Shown piece by piece: positions 51,513 to 64,000 of a stretch of DNA of 64,000 nt. Both the position numbers and the translations under genes were made by a program. This DNA is from Mobula hypostoma (taxonomy: Eukaryota), in NCBI RefSeq assembly GCF_963921235.1, contig NC_086097.1, forward strand, positions 244,592,001 through 244,656,000, written 5' to 3'. The notes under the pieces were generated by a model that saw only the letters and a program-made list of their open reading frames with translations, was not told the origin of the DNA and searched no databases. Every line of letters starts with the position of its first letter. Position 1 is the stretch's first letter.

Positions 51513-54500
51513 GTAAGGAGTGATGAAGAAACCCTGGGCAAGTTGCCGAGGCTATATCCCTTTTGGAGATTGACCCATTTCCCCCCCGGTTTGACCCCAT
51601 ATTCTGCAGAAGGATTGAGTTTTGCGTGGCGCTGGGTGTAACCTCTTCTGGGAGTTGTGTTAGTGGGAGTAATTGCCCGCAGCAGTACATTTCATCAGCG
51701 TGTGAGAGTGAGAGGCGGAGATTTGCGGAAGCGGGTCGGGAGGATGCATGAATGAGGCAGGGACGTTGAGAGCATAAATACGAGGGGCATAACTTTAAAG
51801 AGATTGGAGGAAAGTATTGGGGGGGGGGAGGTGAAGGTGAGAGATAGGTGCCTGGACCGTACTTCTAGGGGTGCTGTTGGAGGCAGATACTTTCGGGACA
51901 TTTTTAAAGACTTGGATAGGAAAATAGACGATAAAAAAGAGAGTTACGTGGGAGGGAAAGGCTAGATTGATTAAAAGGTGGGCACAACATTGTGGGGCAC
52001 AGAGCCTAAACAATGCTGTAATGTGTTCTATAGATAGTTTGAAAGTTCAGGATTTATTGACACTATTATGTTCAGAGACCTCGTTTTATGAGGTGGGTTA
52101 AGTTGGGTCATTCTGTTTGCAGACAGGCTGGGTGGCGTTCTGAATTTGAAATGTCACATTTTTGGATTATCGAGTTTTAACTTTTGAATTCCTGGTGTAT
52201 TGGGGGAAAACGATAGAAGAGCCTACAAGAGCATGTGTCCCTGCTGTGCAATTGTTGGAGTATCTTGTGATGAGTATAGCCAAGTTGTGTCACCAAATAC
52301 TGCATTAACGCTGCAACAGAGTGAGGTCGTTTTTAGTTTCGCCGTTAGCGCAATTAAAAGGACAGACTTGCTATCTGTGTATAAAATGTTTTCCCAGGTT
52401 CATTGAACTTGCGTTCAAAGTAAATTTATTATCAAACTTCATATTCAGCCCTTAGAATCATTTTCTTGTGGGCTTTCACAGTAAATACAAAGAAACAGAA
52501 TCCGTGAAAAACTGCATATGGCAAAGGTAAAACAACCTATGCACAAAGGACAACAATCTGTGCAAGTAAAAAAGAAATTAATAATAAGCAATAAATATCG
52601 AGAACATGAGTTGTATCCTTAAGAGTTAGCCCATAGATGATGCAGTCAGTTCAATGTTGAGGTGAGTGAAGTTAACCCCTCAGAATTTGATAGTTGAAGG
52701 GTATTAACTGTTCCTGAACCTGGTAGTGTGGAAGTTGAGGCTTCTGTACTTCCTTCCTGATGGCGGCAGCAAGAAGAGAGCATGGCCTGGATGGTGGCTA
52801 CTCAATGCTGTGGTGAAAGTTTTCAAGATAAATCTTAATGCTGTGTATAGACTGTGGATGAAAAGTGATACCCTGGAGCCCAAATATAGAGCAAAGTGAC
52901 CAGCTAATCTTAAGATGCAGAATCCAGCTGAGTCTGTTGAAGCCCAGACTGCTTTCCTTGGAACTCTATTTTAAGGCTAACAGAAAGCCACTGCTTGTGT
53001 TTGATTGTTGCCACATGTAATTTTGAAATTTTTATAAACATTACAGTAGAAATGTTAAATATTTTAAAACAAGTTCTTCAAATTGCTTCCTTGATACAAT
53101 GTTTATTATATGTTTATTGTAATGCTAACGAAAAATCTCTTTGACAAGATTTGTAGTTTTGGAGATTCAAATAATTTTGGTATATGGTATGTTTCATATT
53201 ACAACATGGATTGCTGTAGCTGGCCGGTGGTGTAGTGGCATCAGCACCGGCAGGCTGCTTGCATGCTTAACCATCCGTGCTTGGCTGAGTGTCCAGCTAG
53301 CAACTTGGCTTCATTTAAAAAAAAATAGTCAAAAGATGCTAAAGAAATGGCAAGGTGGCCCAAAGCACCACAAGGTGCCGAGAGGAATAACAATGGATTG
53401 CTGTTAGCAGGGATTCTCAACTCTTTTTATGCCATGAACCCCAAACGTTAACCGAGGAGTCTGTGGAGCCCAAGTTGGGAACCCTGTACTAGAGTAATCA
53501 GAGATGTTAGTGACCTGTGGCTTGACAATATTCTTAATATCAGCCTTGTTATCAGTGGAGTTTGAGAGAATGATGAGATTTCCTGAACAAAATAACTCAA
53601 CACTACGAATCAATAGGGATACCTGTTTGATTGAAGTGATGTGTTGGCAGAGGCCATGTGTATAATAATTGAAAGTAATCAAGAAATATGGGTTAATGGA
53701 GAGGGGGGAATTTTTAAAATAAGCAGAAATTTGACATTGTGGGAGGGGTTGTCTCCTTGGAATAGCAACTTTTTGAATCAGTTAAATAATAACAAGTGAT
53801 TTTTTTCTTTCTCTTCTTGAGGCAGATTAGATCTACTGTAACGCCGAAGGTGAAGCTTATCAGCAAAGTTCATAACCTAATAGGTAGTTGAAGGAACAAG
53901 CGCGTATTGTGGTTACAGCATGCATTCGTCAATTGGTCAAGGACAAAGATCCACAAGTGGAAAATTTCCCAAGAAGAGAGGGAAAGGTAGACCGGAAGGA
54001 TCACTTTAAAAGTCTTTTTTGGATGAGGCACAACTTCAGAATAGAAGGATGTCCCTTTAAAGGAGCAACGAGGAGTAATTTCTTTAGACAGTGGCTGGTT
54101 AATCTATGGAAATCATTGCCACAGATGGCTGTGAAGGCCAAGACATTGAGTATATGCAAAGCGGAGGTTGATGGTTTCTTGATGAGTGAGGGTGTCTCAG
54201 GTTACAGGGAAAAGACAAGAGAATGTTGAGAGGGATAATAAATCAGCCATGGTGGAATGGCGAAGCAGACTCGATGAGCTGAATGGCCTAATTCTGCTCC
54301 TTTGTCTTATAGTGTTTGCTTGAGTGACCATAACTCCATATTATGATGTAACATGTGTTTCTGCCACAACATATCATGAGATTGAAAAGGCCATTTGACA
54401 ATTGGAAAAAGTTAAAGGTCTCCGAAGGAGATGATCACAGCTGAGGTACTAAGATGTGGCAGCATACTAGTTCTGGTGTAAATTACAATCTTGCCTCCCT

Positions 54501-54653
54501 TATTTGGGAAGAGAGCATCTGAGAGGGTCTGGGTGTCATAATTGGGGTTATTTTGCAGAAAAGGGATATCCGATAGGACCAACAGCAACCTTTGTTATCC
54601 TCCTTTTTGTCTGATCTCCCAGTGATCAGTTTTTAAGAAGTCATGGGTTTTAA

Positions 54654-56922
54654 GTACGGTGGGTTCTGGTTAATTGGAGCATTAATGTAATTAGGACAGC
54701 TGTTTATTGGGGACAACTCTTAAAGAACAAAAACTAATCAAGGTCGTGGCCAGGATTCGCTTCAGTTATTTGGTACAGGAGATGTTGCTGAAGTTTCAAT
54801 CAGTGTCAGTCACGTGCACTTCTGTGACCATTAGATACTACACCATGCTTTGAGTGAACAGTTTTTAAATAGCATCAGTTGCATGTGTTTGTGTTCAAAC
54901 AGCAGTGTTTTTTGTCACTGATAGTTGGTGAGAAATAAGCAGTAAGACAATTTGGAACTGCACTGCTCACTGCAGTTTCAAGCATTCAGGCTCTGAGATG
55001 CTCGAAAAGACCAGCAGTGAAAATAAAAGATTTTCTCTACTTCAACAAGTTAGGAATTATGAAAAACTAGACAACAGGTGACCCGTTGGGGCACCCTTTG
55101 AAAGGAGGGTAGTGCAGTCTGATGTGAACAGAATGAACATTAAATTTTCCTGAATGCTATTGCTATCTCTTTCATTTGGAAATTAAAGAAGAAAAACTGA
55201 GCTTATTGAAGAAGAAAGATGCATAACAAGACAAATACGTGACCAGAATGAAAATTAAATATCCATGAAGTAAATTTGAAGGAATCGGGCTTGCTGGTCG
55301 GGTGTGCAATTAACTGTCCGATGTAATGATGGATTTGGCCTTGAATAATCACAGAAGGATTCCATCAATTCCTAGTTGGAATGACTTCTTTGGCACCAAA
55401 GGATGTCATTTGGAAGAGGCAATTGTATTGTCTGATGTTCTTCCTGAACTCGTTTGCAATAGGTTCATCATTGCTGTACAAATTGAGGAGTTCATTAGGT
55501 AGAGGCTGCAAATTGCCTATCCTGACCTTTCCCTTCATACAGCAGAAATGTGTGGTTTCTCCAGTGAATAGGAAGGCACGACAGTGAGGGCATACTCTGG
55601 TCATCGAACCAACACCAAATGTGATGGCATGCGAGTTGTGCATTTTGCCTTGCTCTTTCTCTGTCGAGGTATTGTCGTTGAAAGCGGCCATTGTCGTCCT
55701 CAGCAGCTCTTGCAATAATTACTGTGTGCCGCATATTCTTGAGTTGATCTTTTGTCTCTTCCTTTCTCCTCTGTCTCTTCCTCTCTCCTCCTCCTCTGCC
55801 TGTTTTTGTCATTCTGGAGATGCGCAGCCCTTCCATTCTTCGTCTCTTCATCTCTTCTACCATTTGTTCTCTGATCCTGGAGTTGTGCGGCCCTGTTCTG
55901 ATTGGATTCTTGTTCTCTCCTCCGTCTGTGCCTATTGTTGTCATTTTGAAGACGTGCATGCCTGTCCTGCTCTGTCTCGTCTTCTCTCATCTTTTTTGTC
56001 CTGACTCTTTGATCCTAGAGTCATGCGGCCCTGGCCTCATCCGATTGTTGTTCTCTCCCACTCCTTGCCACTTCCCGACGACGTTTGGAGTCACCTCTTG
56101 ACCCTAATGTCCCCCTTTTCTTTCCATGCGGCATAATTAGGCTATCCATATATTTTTACCTTAATGCTTGATAGAAGATAGGAAGCAGTAACACCAAAGC
56201 CTCCAAGCTGCTAAGGCTGGCCGTGCGCATGCTTGGGGCTGTGGCGTCGCGGTCTCCATGGAAGGTGGGAGCGGTTCTGTGAGCATCATGAGGCGCTGCT
56301 GAGGCTGCCATGTGTATGCGTTGGGCTGTGGCGTCCCAATTTCCATGATGGCCGATCGGGTCTCGGGTGAAAGACAGCCTGTTGATTTTTGGCAAATGAG
56401 CAATTTTATACTAATATATAACCCTGAATTTAGCCTTCATTCTGTAAGTTAGCGCATTTTATTTCGATTTAGCCAAAAAAGGTGCCGCTGTAGTGCACTG
56501 TTTGTGCTAATTGGAGGTCACAAACAGACAGACAGAGCATGAGAGTTTTAGTAGTATATAGATTTGAAGGATTTAAAATAATCTTGAATGCTATATGTGT
56601 TTGGAGGATACAGTCGTTGAAAGGATTGTATGAAGGCAGTTCGTTATCTGCAGTAGATGTCTGTGCTGATTTTATTCATTAAGGGGAATTAAAAGTACAC
56701 TGGATGAATTCCTTTGTTGATAACTGTTAGGAAATAGGTTTATAGTGCAGTTGAGGTATCAGTAGTGTTCTAATTTGTTTTGTAGTTGATGTAAATACAT
56801 AATTTGTTACTCAGATAAATGGTAGATTGCCTTTAATATTTTTTAAACTATTTTCATGAAACCGGCTTAATTGAGGCAAAATGCACTGGTCCTGATGAGT
56901 CCCATTTAATTGGAATCTATTA
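54654..56922. mobile_element. Tigger/pogo-like non-autonomous DNA transposon (host of the Helitron)
   Basis: Degenerate TIRs TACGGTGGGTTCTGGTTAATTGG / CCATTTAATTGGAATCTATTATA. A related fragment lies at about 57338-57495. Confidence 0.65.
55067..56562 (-). mobile_element. Internally deleted Helitron (1496 bp) retaining the RepHel N-terminus
   Basis: A|TCTATATACTAC 5' end. 3' hairpin (55077-55095) followed by CTAG|T. Encodes CPHC...CC.KGKV...FRKNIRQYNCLFQMTSFGA...IQGQIHHYIG and E/R-rich repeats. Confidence 0.93.
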
Positions 56923-58753
56923 TACTCTGTTGTAAAAGATACCATGGAGATGAATAGAGTTAAATGAGACTTTCATTGTGTGACAAATCCCTGAAGAACA
57001 ATGGGAGCAGTGGATCCCAGATCCTGAGATGGGTTTTGACATTTGAGGTGTATATCTGTATATACGCATATTCCTCCCTTAACTTGGTCAATTCAAAGAT
57101 TATATTCAATATTCATCAATTCAGCTGACCTCCAGAAGAAGTTTGTTGCAATTCTTTGCTATATTGCATTCATGTTATAATTCTAATCAACTGATCCATT
57201 ATTGTCTAAACTAAGGTCAATTAAAGTTTAAATTTACTCTCATCTGACTGTATATGTATACAACAAACTGAAAAAAATATGCACGGGGGCATGGTACACC
57301 CAGAACACGTCACACAGAGCTCATCAACCGAAATACTTTGGATTCTAGTTAATTGGGGCCAGAACATTTTGGCCCAATTGGGACAGCTGAGGTTTCTTGG
57401 AAATAGTTAAAAAGGTATAAAAAGACGAAGTAGTGTTTAACTGAGTAACAAGTTATGTACTTAAATGAAATACTAAGCAAATTAGAACATTCCCAGTCTG
57501 CCAGTTCTAGCCCTGGTGTTTTGGGGCCTTCATCTGCAAAGCTCCTGATAAATGTCACAAATAAGGGGGAGGGAGACACCAGTGATCCTCTCGATGGTTT
57601 TTACTATCCTCTGTAGGGTCTTGTGGTCTGATCTCTTGCAGCTTCCGTACCACACAATGATGCAGCCAGACGGGATATTCTTGATGATGCTCCTGTTATT
57701 AGAATGGAGCCTTGCATGCCTTCATCTCCTCAGAAAGTGTAGATGCTGCTATGCCTTCTTGACTAGTGAAGAGATGTTGTGGATCCTAGTGCACACCAAG
57801 GAACTTGGTGCTTTTTACTTTCTCCATTGATGTGCAATGGAGAGTGGTTGACCTGTGCCTTCCTATCCATGCCTACCTATCCAAGGTAGGCATGGATAGA
57901 CAAATCACCGTTTTGTCTATCCATGTTGAGACTCTTGTTCTCACACCATTTGACAAACAATATAATCATGCCTACCTTCCAGGTCTTCCTCACTGCAAAT
58001 CTTCATCTTGCTTCCAAAAAGCTCTCTCCTGTAATGGAGTTAATTTACCGGTACTCAACCTTTGCTTCTATTGCAGAAGTTGGATGGTGTCTGCCTTGGA
58101 CTAATGAAGAAAGTGTGTAGTAAATTCTTGTTAATCAAGTTTATTTTGTTTGCAGATCATGAATTTTTATGCCTTCCAAGTTCCGTCTCTCACTTGACTA
58201 CATTACAACAATACCACACCCCTTCACATCTTTAACTGTAGAACCAATGTGACCTGCTGTGTAACCCATTGTGTTAGTTTGGTTACATTTTCTGCTAATA
58301 AAACAGAATAGTTTGTTTTTTGGATTAGGTTAAGTGAGTCTGGTGTAAGTGTCAGATGAAACCAATGAGAAAGTTGTATGAGATGAGGAGTGAGGGGAGT
58401 AAAGCAGGGGCTGGGATTGTGCGTTCCTATGATCCAGTTGCAGAGTGGGTTGGAGAGAGCTTTGCCACAACCCACAACCCACAACCATGAGAGATGGAGG
58501 CATCTGGTGCCGTGTTCATCTGTATAGTGCCCCTGTGATCCAAGTGGGTTGCAGAATCTGTAACCATATATAGTTAGAAGTGAAGTGAGAGAATGGTAGT
58601 CTGTAGGGCCAGGCCTAGCCAACAGGAATGGTGTTATAAGGAATGAGCTGGACAAAATTAGGGTAACAGTTTGTTGCCAGTGATGTGGGTTCATTCCTGA
58701 CCCTGAAGCTGTATGTGGAGCTTCCATGTTTTTCATGTGCACTTCCTCTAGAT

Positions 58754-58835
58754 CAGGAGTTCCTAACCATTTTTTTTAAGCCATCAACCAATACCATTAA
58801 GCAAAGGGTTCATGATCCCAGGTTGGGAATCCCTG
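58754..58835. mobile_element. Tiny hAT-type MITE
   Basis: TIRs CAGGAGTTCCTAACC / GGTTGGGAATCCCTG. Perfect 8-bp TSD CTCTAGAT. A further copy lies at about 53408-53486. Confidence 0.87.
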
Positions 58836-59728
58836 CTCTAGATGTTCTGGTTTCCTCTATATTCAGACATGGGTCCATAGGTTTATTTTCTGTTGTAAAG
58901 TTCAAAATAAATGTATTGTCAAAGTACATGTATGGTACCCTAAACACAAGAAATTTTGAAGATGCTGGAAATGCAGGTCCTGAAGAAGAGTCTCAGCCCG
59001 AAGCGTTGACTGCTTATTCATTTCCTTAGATGCTGCCTGACCTGCTGAGTTCCTCCAGCATTTTGTGTGTGTTTATATATACTACCTTGAGATTTCTTGA
59101 AAAAAGAAATGCAGTGGGGTTTTGCAAAAAACTGTACATCAGAAGACAAAGACTGACAAACACTATGCAAAAGAAAAACTACTGTACAAATAAAAATAAT
59201 ACTGAGCATGGGTTGTAAAGAGTCTTTTGGAGATGAATCTGTAGGTTGTAATCAGTTCAGAGTTGCAGTGAATGAGATGATCCAAGCTGCTTCAGGAGCC
59301 TGACAGTTGAAGGGTAATAACTGTTTGTGAACCTCGTGGTATGGGACACAAGGCTTCTGCATCTCCTGCCCTATGGTAGTAGTGAGAGGAGGCATGGTCT
59401 GGATGATGGAAGTCTTTCGTAGAGCTACCAGCGGAAGTGATTGAGGCCAGTACATTAAATACATCTAAGTAATACATTGGCAGGGATATGGATGAAAAAA
59501 TTTCAAGGGATATGGGTCCTGTGCTGTAGCTGTGTTGTAACCAAAGTTTTGCATATGGAGACCCAAGGATTTTTGTTTGCTCCATATTCCAGCATCTATA
59601 AACTGCTGAAGGAACTAAAGTCAAACAGTATCTGTGGAGGGAAAGGGAAAGTTGATATCAGAGTCTTTACCAGGAACATTGACTATTTTTAGTTGTTATG
59701 CCTCCGCAGATGTTGCTTGACCCACTGA

Positions 59729-60604
59729 GAGTACGTCCACGCTAGACCAGATAATTTTGAAAACACCGGTTTCGCGTAAAACTGATAGGCGTCCATACCA
59801 AGCGTTTTTCAAAATGCCTTCGTCCACATTAGAACAGAATCTCCTACTGGGCATGCGCAGGACGCACAGAAAACAAGCGAAGAGGGAACAGTATACTTGG
59901 TGCGTGTTTGTTCAGTTACAGAGTAGAAAAAGTTAAAAGGAATTGCTCTTGGCTCTCGTGCAGGAGGACTTAAAAAAAAAACCCAAATATGGAGCGTATG
60001 GAGGCAACCGACAGGGAGTTCACGGACAGTATGACCTGGCTGACGACAAACATTGAAAAACTGACTAACGCTGTTGCATTAATAAAGCACTTTAAATGTA
60101 TAAAACATGTCTGCACCAGTGTTATCTTGTATTTCCATACAATGTTACATTAGGCTGTTACACATCTATTGTCAGAGAAGTACTTGCATAAATACGTAAA
60201 CCACCTTCATACAAGCAAGGACAGAAAACAGGGCAAAGTGAGTATACTTATTTTTTCAGTAAGCTATGGGTCAAGGTATTTGGTGAGTACATTTCCAACT
60301 CTTCTGGCTTTAGTCTCGTTGCCGTCTGTTCTGAAATTGTTAGGTTGTGCGTTCAAGAAAACAATGAAATGCCGCGCTGCCGCCATCTGTTCCGACACGT
60401 CATGACAGCGGTTTTAAAAAGCTCTGGTTACCCCGTACGCACTACAACGCATATCAGGCGTTTTCAGACTTATTCACTCTGGAGACCGTTTCTGAAAATC
60501 TCCGTTTTTGGGGGATGAAAATGCCGTTTTAGTGTGGACAGAGGGTTAAAACGAAGAGAAAAAGCTTCGGTTACGGATTTATCTGGTCTACTGTGGACGT
60601 TGCC
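59729..60604. mobile_element. PIF/Harbinger-like MITE
   Basis: 26-bp imperfect TIRs (GAGTACGTCCACGCTAGACCAGATAA versus reverse complement GGCAACGTCCACAGTAGACCAGATAA). 3-bp TSD TGA. Splits a Penelope-derived repeat. Confidence 0.85.
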
Positions 60605-63596
60605 TGAGTTACTGCGGCACTTTTTAGTGTTTTGAAGTTGTATTATAATGTATATCTCTTCACTTGTGTTAAGTGTCTAAGCTAATAAAGACCTTAGAGC
60701 GTATTGTAGGAGCAGAATTTTGCTCAAATCATGATTGATTTATTATCTCTCTCAACCCTATTCTCCTGCCTTCTTCCTATTACCTTTTGATCATGAACCT
60801 GTCAACCTCCACTTTAAATATACCCAATGACTTAGATTCCACAGATATCAGTGGCAATGAATACTGCAAGTTGACCAAGTATTCTCTATTGCCACCAGTC
60901 TGATATTGTTGCCACCTTCAGAGGTCTTCGCATTTTTGCACAAGGACTTTCTTTTTCTCTAGATTTCTTGGGACCCAACCATTTAAGGTGTTGGTCACAT
61001 TTTTAGACATTTGAAAACTTGTTGCTCCCATTTGTCAGGAATATAATCTGTGTTTCATTGCACTGCTATTTATCTTGCAGCCTGCAATGCTCCTGGGCAG
61101 TATCACCAATACCTGTTTTCCATGAATCATCTGTGAACTTGCTAATTATAGTTCTGACATTTGTATTTGCTGCAATGTATCTAACACACAGTAAGGGTCC
61201 TAACACTAATCACAAGCTTCAAATCACAACAACAACAACCCTTGACCATCATTCAGTTCTCTCTGTTACCAGGCTGATTTTGTAACCAACTCCCATGGCT
61301 CTAACCTTGTCTGACATGGCAATAAGTGATAGTTGGATGCACATTCTGCATTGATGACAGCACTACACTACTAAATGATGGTGTCCATGTACAAGTTAGT
61401 GTGCCACTATAATTGATTAAAATGGCAAAAATGTTTTCCTCTGTTACACAGAGAATGAAATGCAAGACTGAGGAATTCTTGCTGGAAATGACTTGAGCAT
61501 TGATACCATGTTTTAAAAGTATTAGTGTCTTAATACTCTTGTCCAGCAGAGAAAAAGGTCTTTCTGTTTGTACTTGCCTATTCCAACCTGATGTATAATC
61601 AATCTAATCCCATTTCCCAGCATATGTCCCTCTAAATTATTGTCATCTATATCCTTGGCCATTTCATTTGACTCTTCACTCAACCCTGGAACGCAAGGAC
61701 AGCAAAGGTGCACACATCAGGATGCTCTTTATCAACTACAATTCAGCATTCAATATTATCATCCCCTCAAAACTAATCAATAAGCTTTAATACCTTGGTT
61801 TCAATCCCTCCTTGAGCAATTGAATCTTCAGTTTCTTCACTTTCTGACCCCAGTCAGTCAAATTGTCAACATCTCCACAATCTCCATGAGAACCGCAAGG
61901 CAGTGTGCTTATTAGGGCACATAATTTTGAGGTGCTTGAAGGAAAGAACAGGGGGATGTCAATTAAATTCTTTACACACAGTGGTGTATGCATTGAATTT
62001 CCTACCAGGGATGGTGGGAGAGGCAGCTAAATTAGAGTTGTTGAAAGAAAATCTTAGGCACAAGGATGATAGATCCATTGAGGGCTATTCAAAAGAGACG
62101 GGTTAGATTGATCTTGGAGTAGGTTAAATGTTGGCATAACATCATGGGTCATAGGGCCTGTGCCTTGCTGTAATGTTCTGTGCACAATACTTGGCTGGCT
62201 GGTGGTGTAGTGACATCTGCACCGGACTTGGAGGCAAGTGGTTCCGGATTGAATCCTGCCAGCTCCTTGCATGCTTCCCATCCGTGCTGGGTTGAGCATC
62301 AAGCTAGCAACTTGGTCTCTTAAAAACAGACAAATGCTAAGGAAATAGCAAAGGTTGCCGCCCGATACGCCACAATGTGCAGAGAGGAGCAACAAATATG
62401 CACAATACTGTGTACCAATTTGTTTCCTTATTGCTTCAGCTGATTGCAGTTCAAAGAAAGTTTACTTGACTGGCACCTGGAATATGCTGGTTGCCTTATG
62501 AAGAAAGGTTAGCGAGGCTTGGCTTGTATGTACTGAAGTTTAGAATGAACTTCAAGTTGGTTTATTATCAGCAAAGTAGTGAGGTATCGATACAATGAAA
62601 GCAGGCCAGGCCCAGAGCACACAGAATATACAAGAAATGAGAGGAAAAGAGTGCAAAAAAGAAAGGCACAGAAGTGCAAGAGGTTGCCCATTGCTTAGGA
62701 GCACTTTGATCATTTCATATTTCATAGGGTTAGGGTTGCGCAGGTCTGATCAAGAACTTGATTGTAGTAAGGTAGTTTTTTTTTAAACCTGGTCATTTGA
62801 AACTTCAGCCTTTTGTACCTCCTGTCTGATCATAGCAGTATTGATGGTGGGGATCCTTGATGGTAAGTACTGCCTTGAGGCAGTGCTTCATGCTGTCAGG
62901 ATGTTCTGGGCTGTGATGCTACAAGATATAACATGTATGATCCAGAGAGCTTGACTGGTTGGATGTCAAGAGAATGTTCCTGTTGAATAAGAATCTAGAA
63001 CAGGGGGTTATGATTGAAAAATAAGAGGTGACCTCTTAAGACAGAAATGAGGTACAAAATTTTCCCCATTTTCATGAGTGCTTGGCACAGGAGAGATGGA
63101 ACACACCCCTCAGTGGTTCATCAGTCTCACTGATGCCCTTCATCATTAACCTTAAAATCGCTTTCTAAAGCATCAAATTAGTACTTTTGTGTATGGGATA
63201 ATTCACAATAATTTGTGATTGAGTTCACTATGACTAGCAAGCACGAGTGAAAGACCATAACTCAGGAGAGGAATTAGTTTATTCGGCCCATCTAGTTTGC
63301 TCCACAAACCACTCAAACATAGCATGTGAAATAGCCGTTAGTGTTGGCTGAAATCTTTCTGAAATACTTGTTCTGTAGTGCGACAATATGGATGATTGAA
63401 ATGGAACACAGAACTTGAGCTCACAACCATTTCACATTACTTTTTTTTGACTTGAGTAAAACTGTCTATGAAATAAAAATGCTTTTATCTATTCATTTGT
63501 CTAAAAGAAACAAAAGGTAAAACATAATCAAAGATTCTTAATTAAGCACAGCAAAAGCTATGACTGTGTCCTTGAACAGTTTTTTTGTTATTACAG

Positions 63597-63675
63597 GTAA
63601 CGTTACTTGGACTAGAGATTATAAGAGCACTTGTCGATCGCATGAAAGATCGTTTTAAACCCCATTTCGGAACAT
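63597..63675 (+). CDS. CLASP2: CLASP2 second coding exon
   Basis: T-rich tract and TTACAG acceptor, 79 nt encoding VTLLGLEIIRALVDRMKDRFKPHFGT+1, GTGAGT donor. In frame with exon 1 (phase 0). Confidence 0.93.
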
Positions 63676-64000
63676 GTGAGTGAATCTCCTCGACTTTGAA
63701 TTTGTTAATATTTTCATGTCAGTTGGAATGAGTTGGTCATTGATAAAATTCAGTAATGAAAGTTAATTTTATGCTACACACCTTTATGGCCCTTCTAAAT
63801 TCCTGTTTTTGGTACCAGCAGGGTAGTATTTATTGACCATCGTAAATTGCATTGAAGTGATTGATTGGATTCAGGTTATTGCAATGATATTGTGGAATTG
63901 TTTCAATTTTTTTCAAGTGTTTTTGAGTTGGAAATTCCAGGTTTTTTTTATTACGGTATTTCTACAAGTTGTGATTTCCCAGAAGGGGAATTTGGAGCTC

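Larger units (their letters stand above)
50430..51520 (+). promoter_or_regulatory. CpG island / promoter-5'UTR of CLASP2
   Basis: CpG-dense. TCTCGCGAGA palindrome at 50496-50505, GCTCGCGAGC at 50523-50532, NRF1-like TGCGCATGCGC at 50719-50729, GC boxes. Confidence 0.8.

Noticed and set aside
55495..56004. E/R-rich ORFs as a host gene or captured gene fragment
   Set aside because: They lie within the Helitron, collinear with the RepHel N-terminus, and contain stops and frameshifts.
58224..58742. 172-aa minus-strand ORF
   Set aside because: No recognisable motif or splice context. Likely a chance ORF in intronic or decayed repeat DNA.
645..59075. Recurring 30-40-nt motif as a CRISPR array
   Set aside because: Copies are dispersed on both strands with conserved flanks and no spacer periodicity, in eukaryotic context.
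51513..63596. U4atac snRNA in the CLASP intron
   Set aside because: That snRNA is known from CLASP1. No recognisable U4atac sequence was seen here.

Overview
Eukaryotic, repeat-dense vertebrate DNA. The repeat repertoire (esterase-type CR1, V-SINE-like tRNA SINEs, abundant Penelope-derived repeats) suggests a cartilaginous fish, probably a ray; this is inference. Two host genes diverge head-to-head about 36 kb apart, as in human 3p22: PDCD6IP/ALIX (coding exon 1, minus, 15167-15375) and CLASP2 (coding exons 51312-51512 and 63597-63675, plus), each with a CpG-rich promoter. Almost everything else is transposon-derived. Highlights: (1) more than a dozen copies of a Penelope-derived short repeat with a minimal hammerhead-ribozyme core, several inserted as small fold-back units with long target-site duplications; (2) a 1.5-kb Helitron with intact TC/hairpin-CTAG ends nested in a Tigger-like element in CLASP2 intron 1; (3) a two-LTR Ty1/copia (GalEa-like) relic with a tRNA-iMet primer-binding site; (4) a HERO-like restriction-endonuclease retroelement inside a near full-length CR1; (5) a four-level nested insertion with TSDs visible at three levels. 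Family names come from motif recognition by eye, not database searches, and many element boundaries are approximate.
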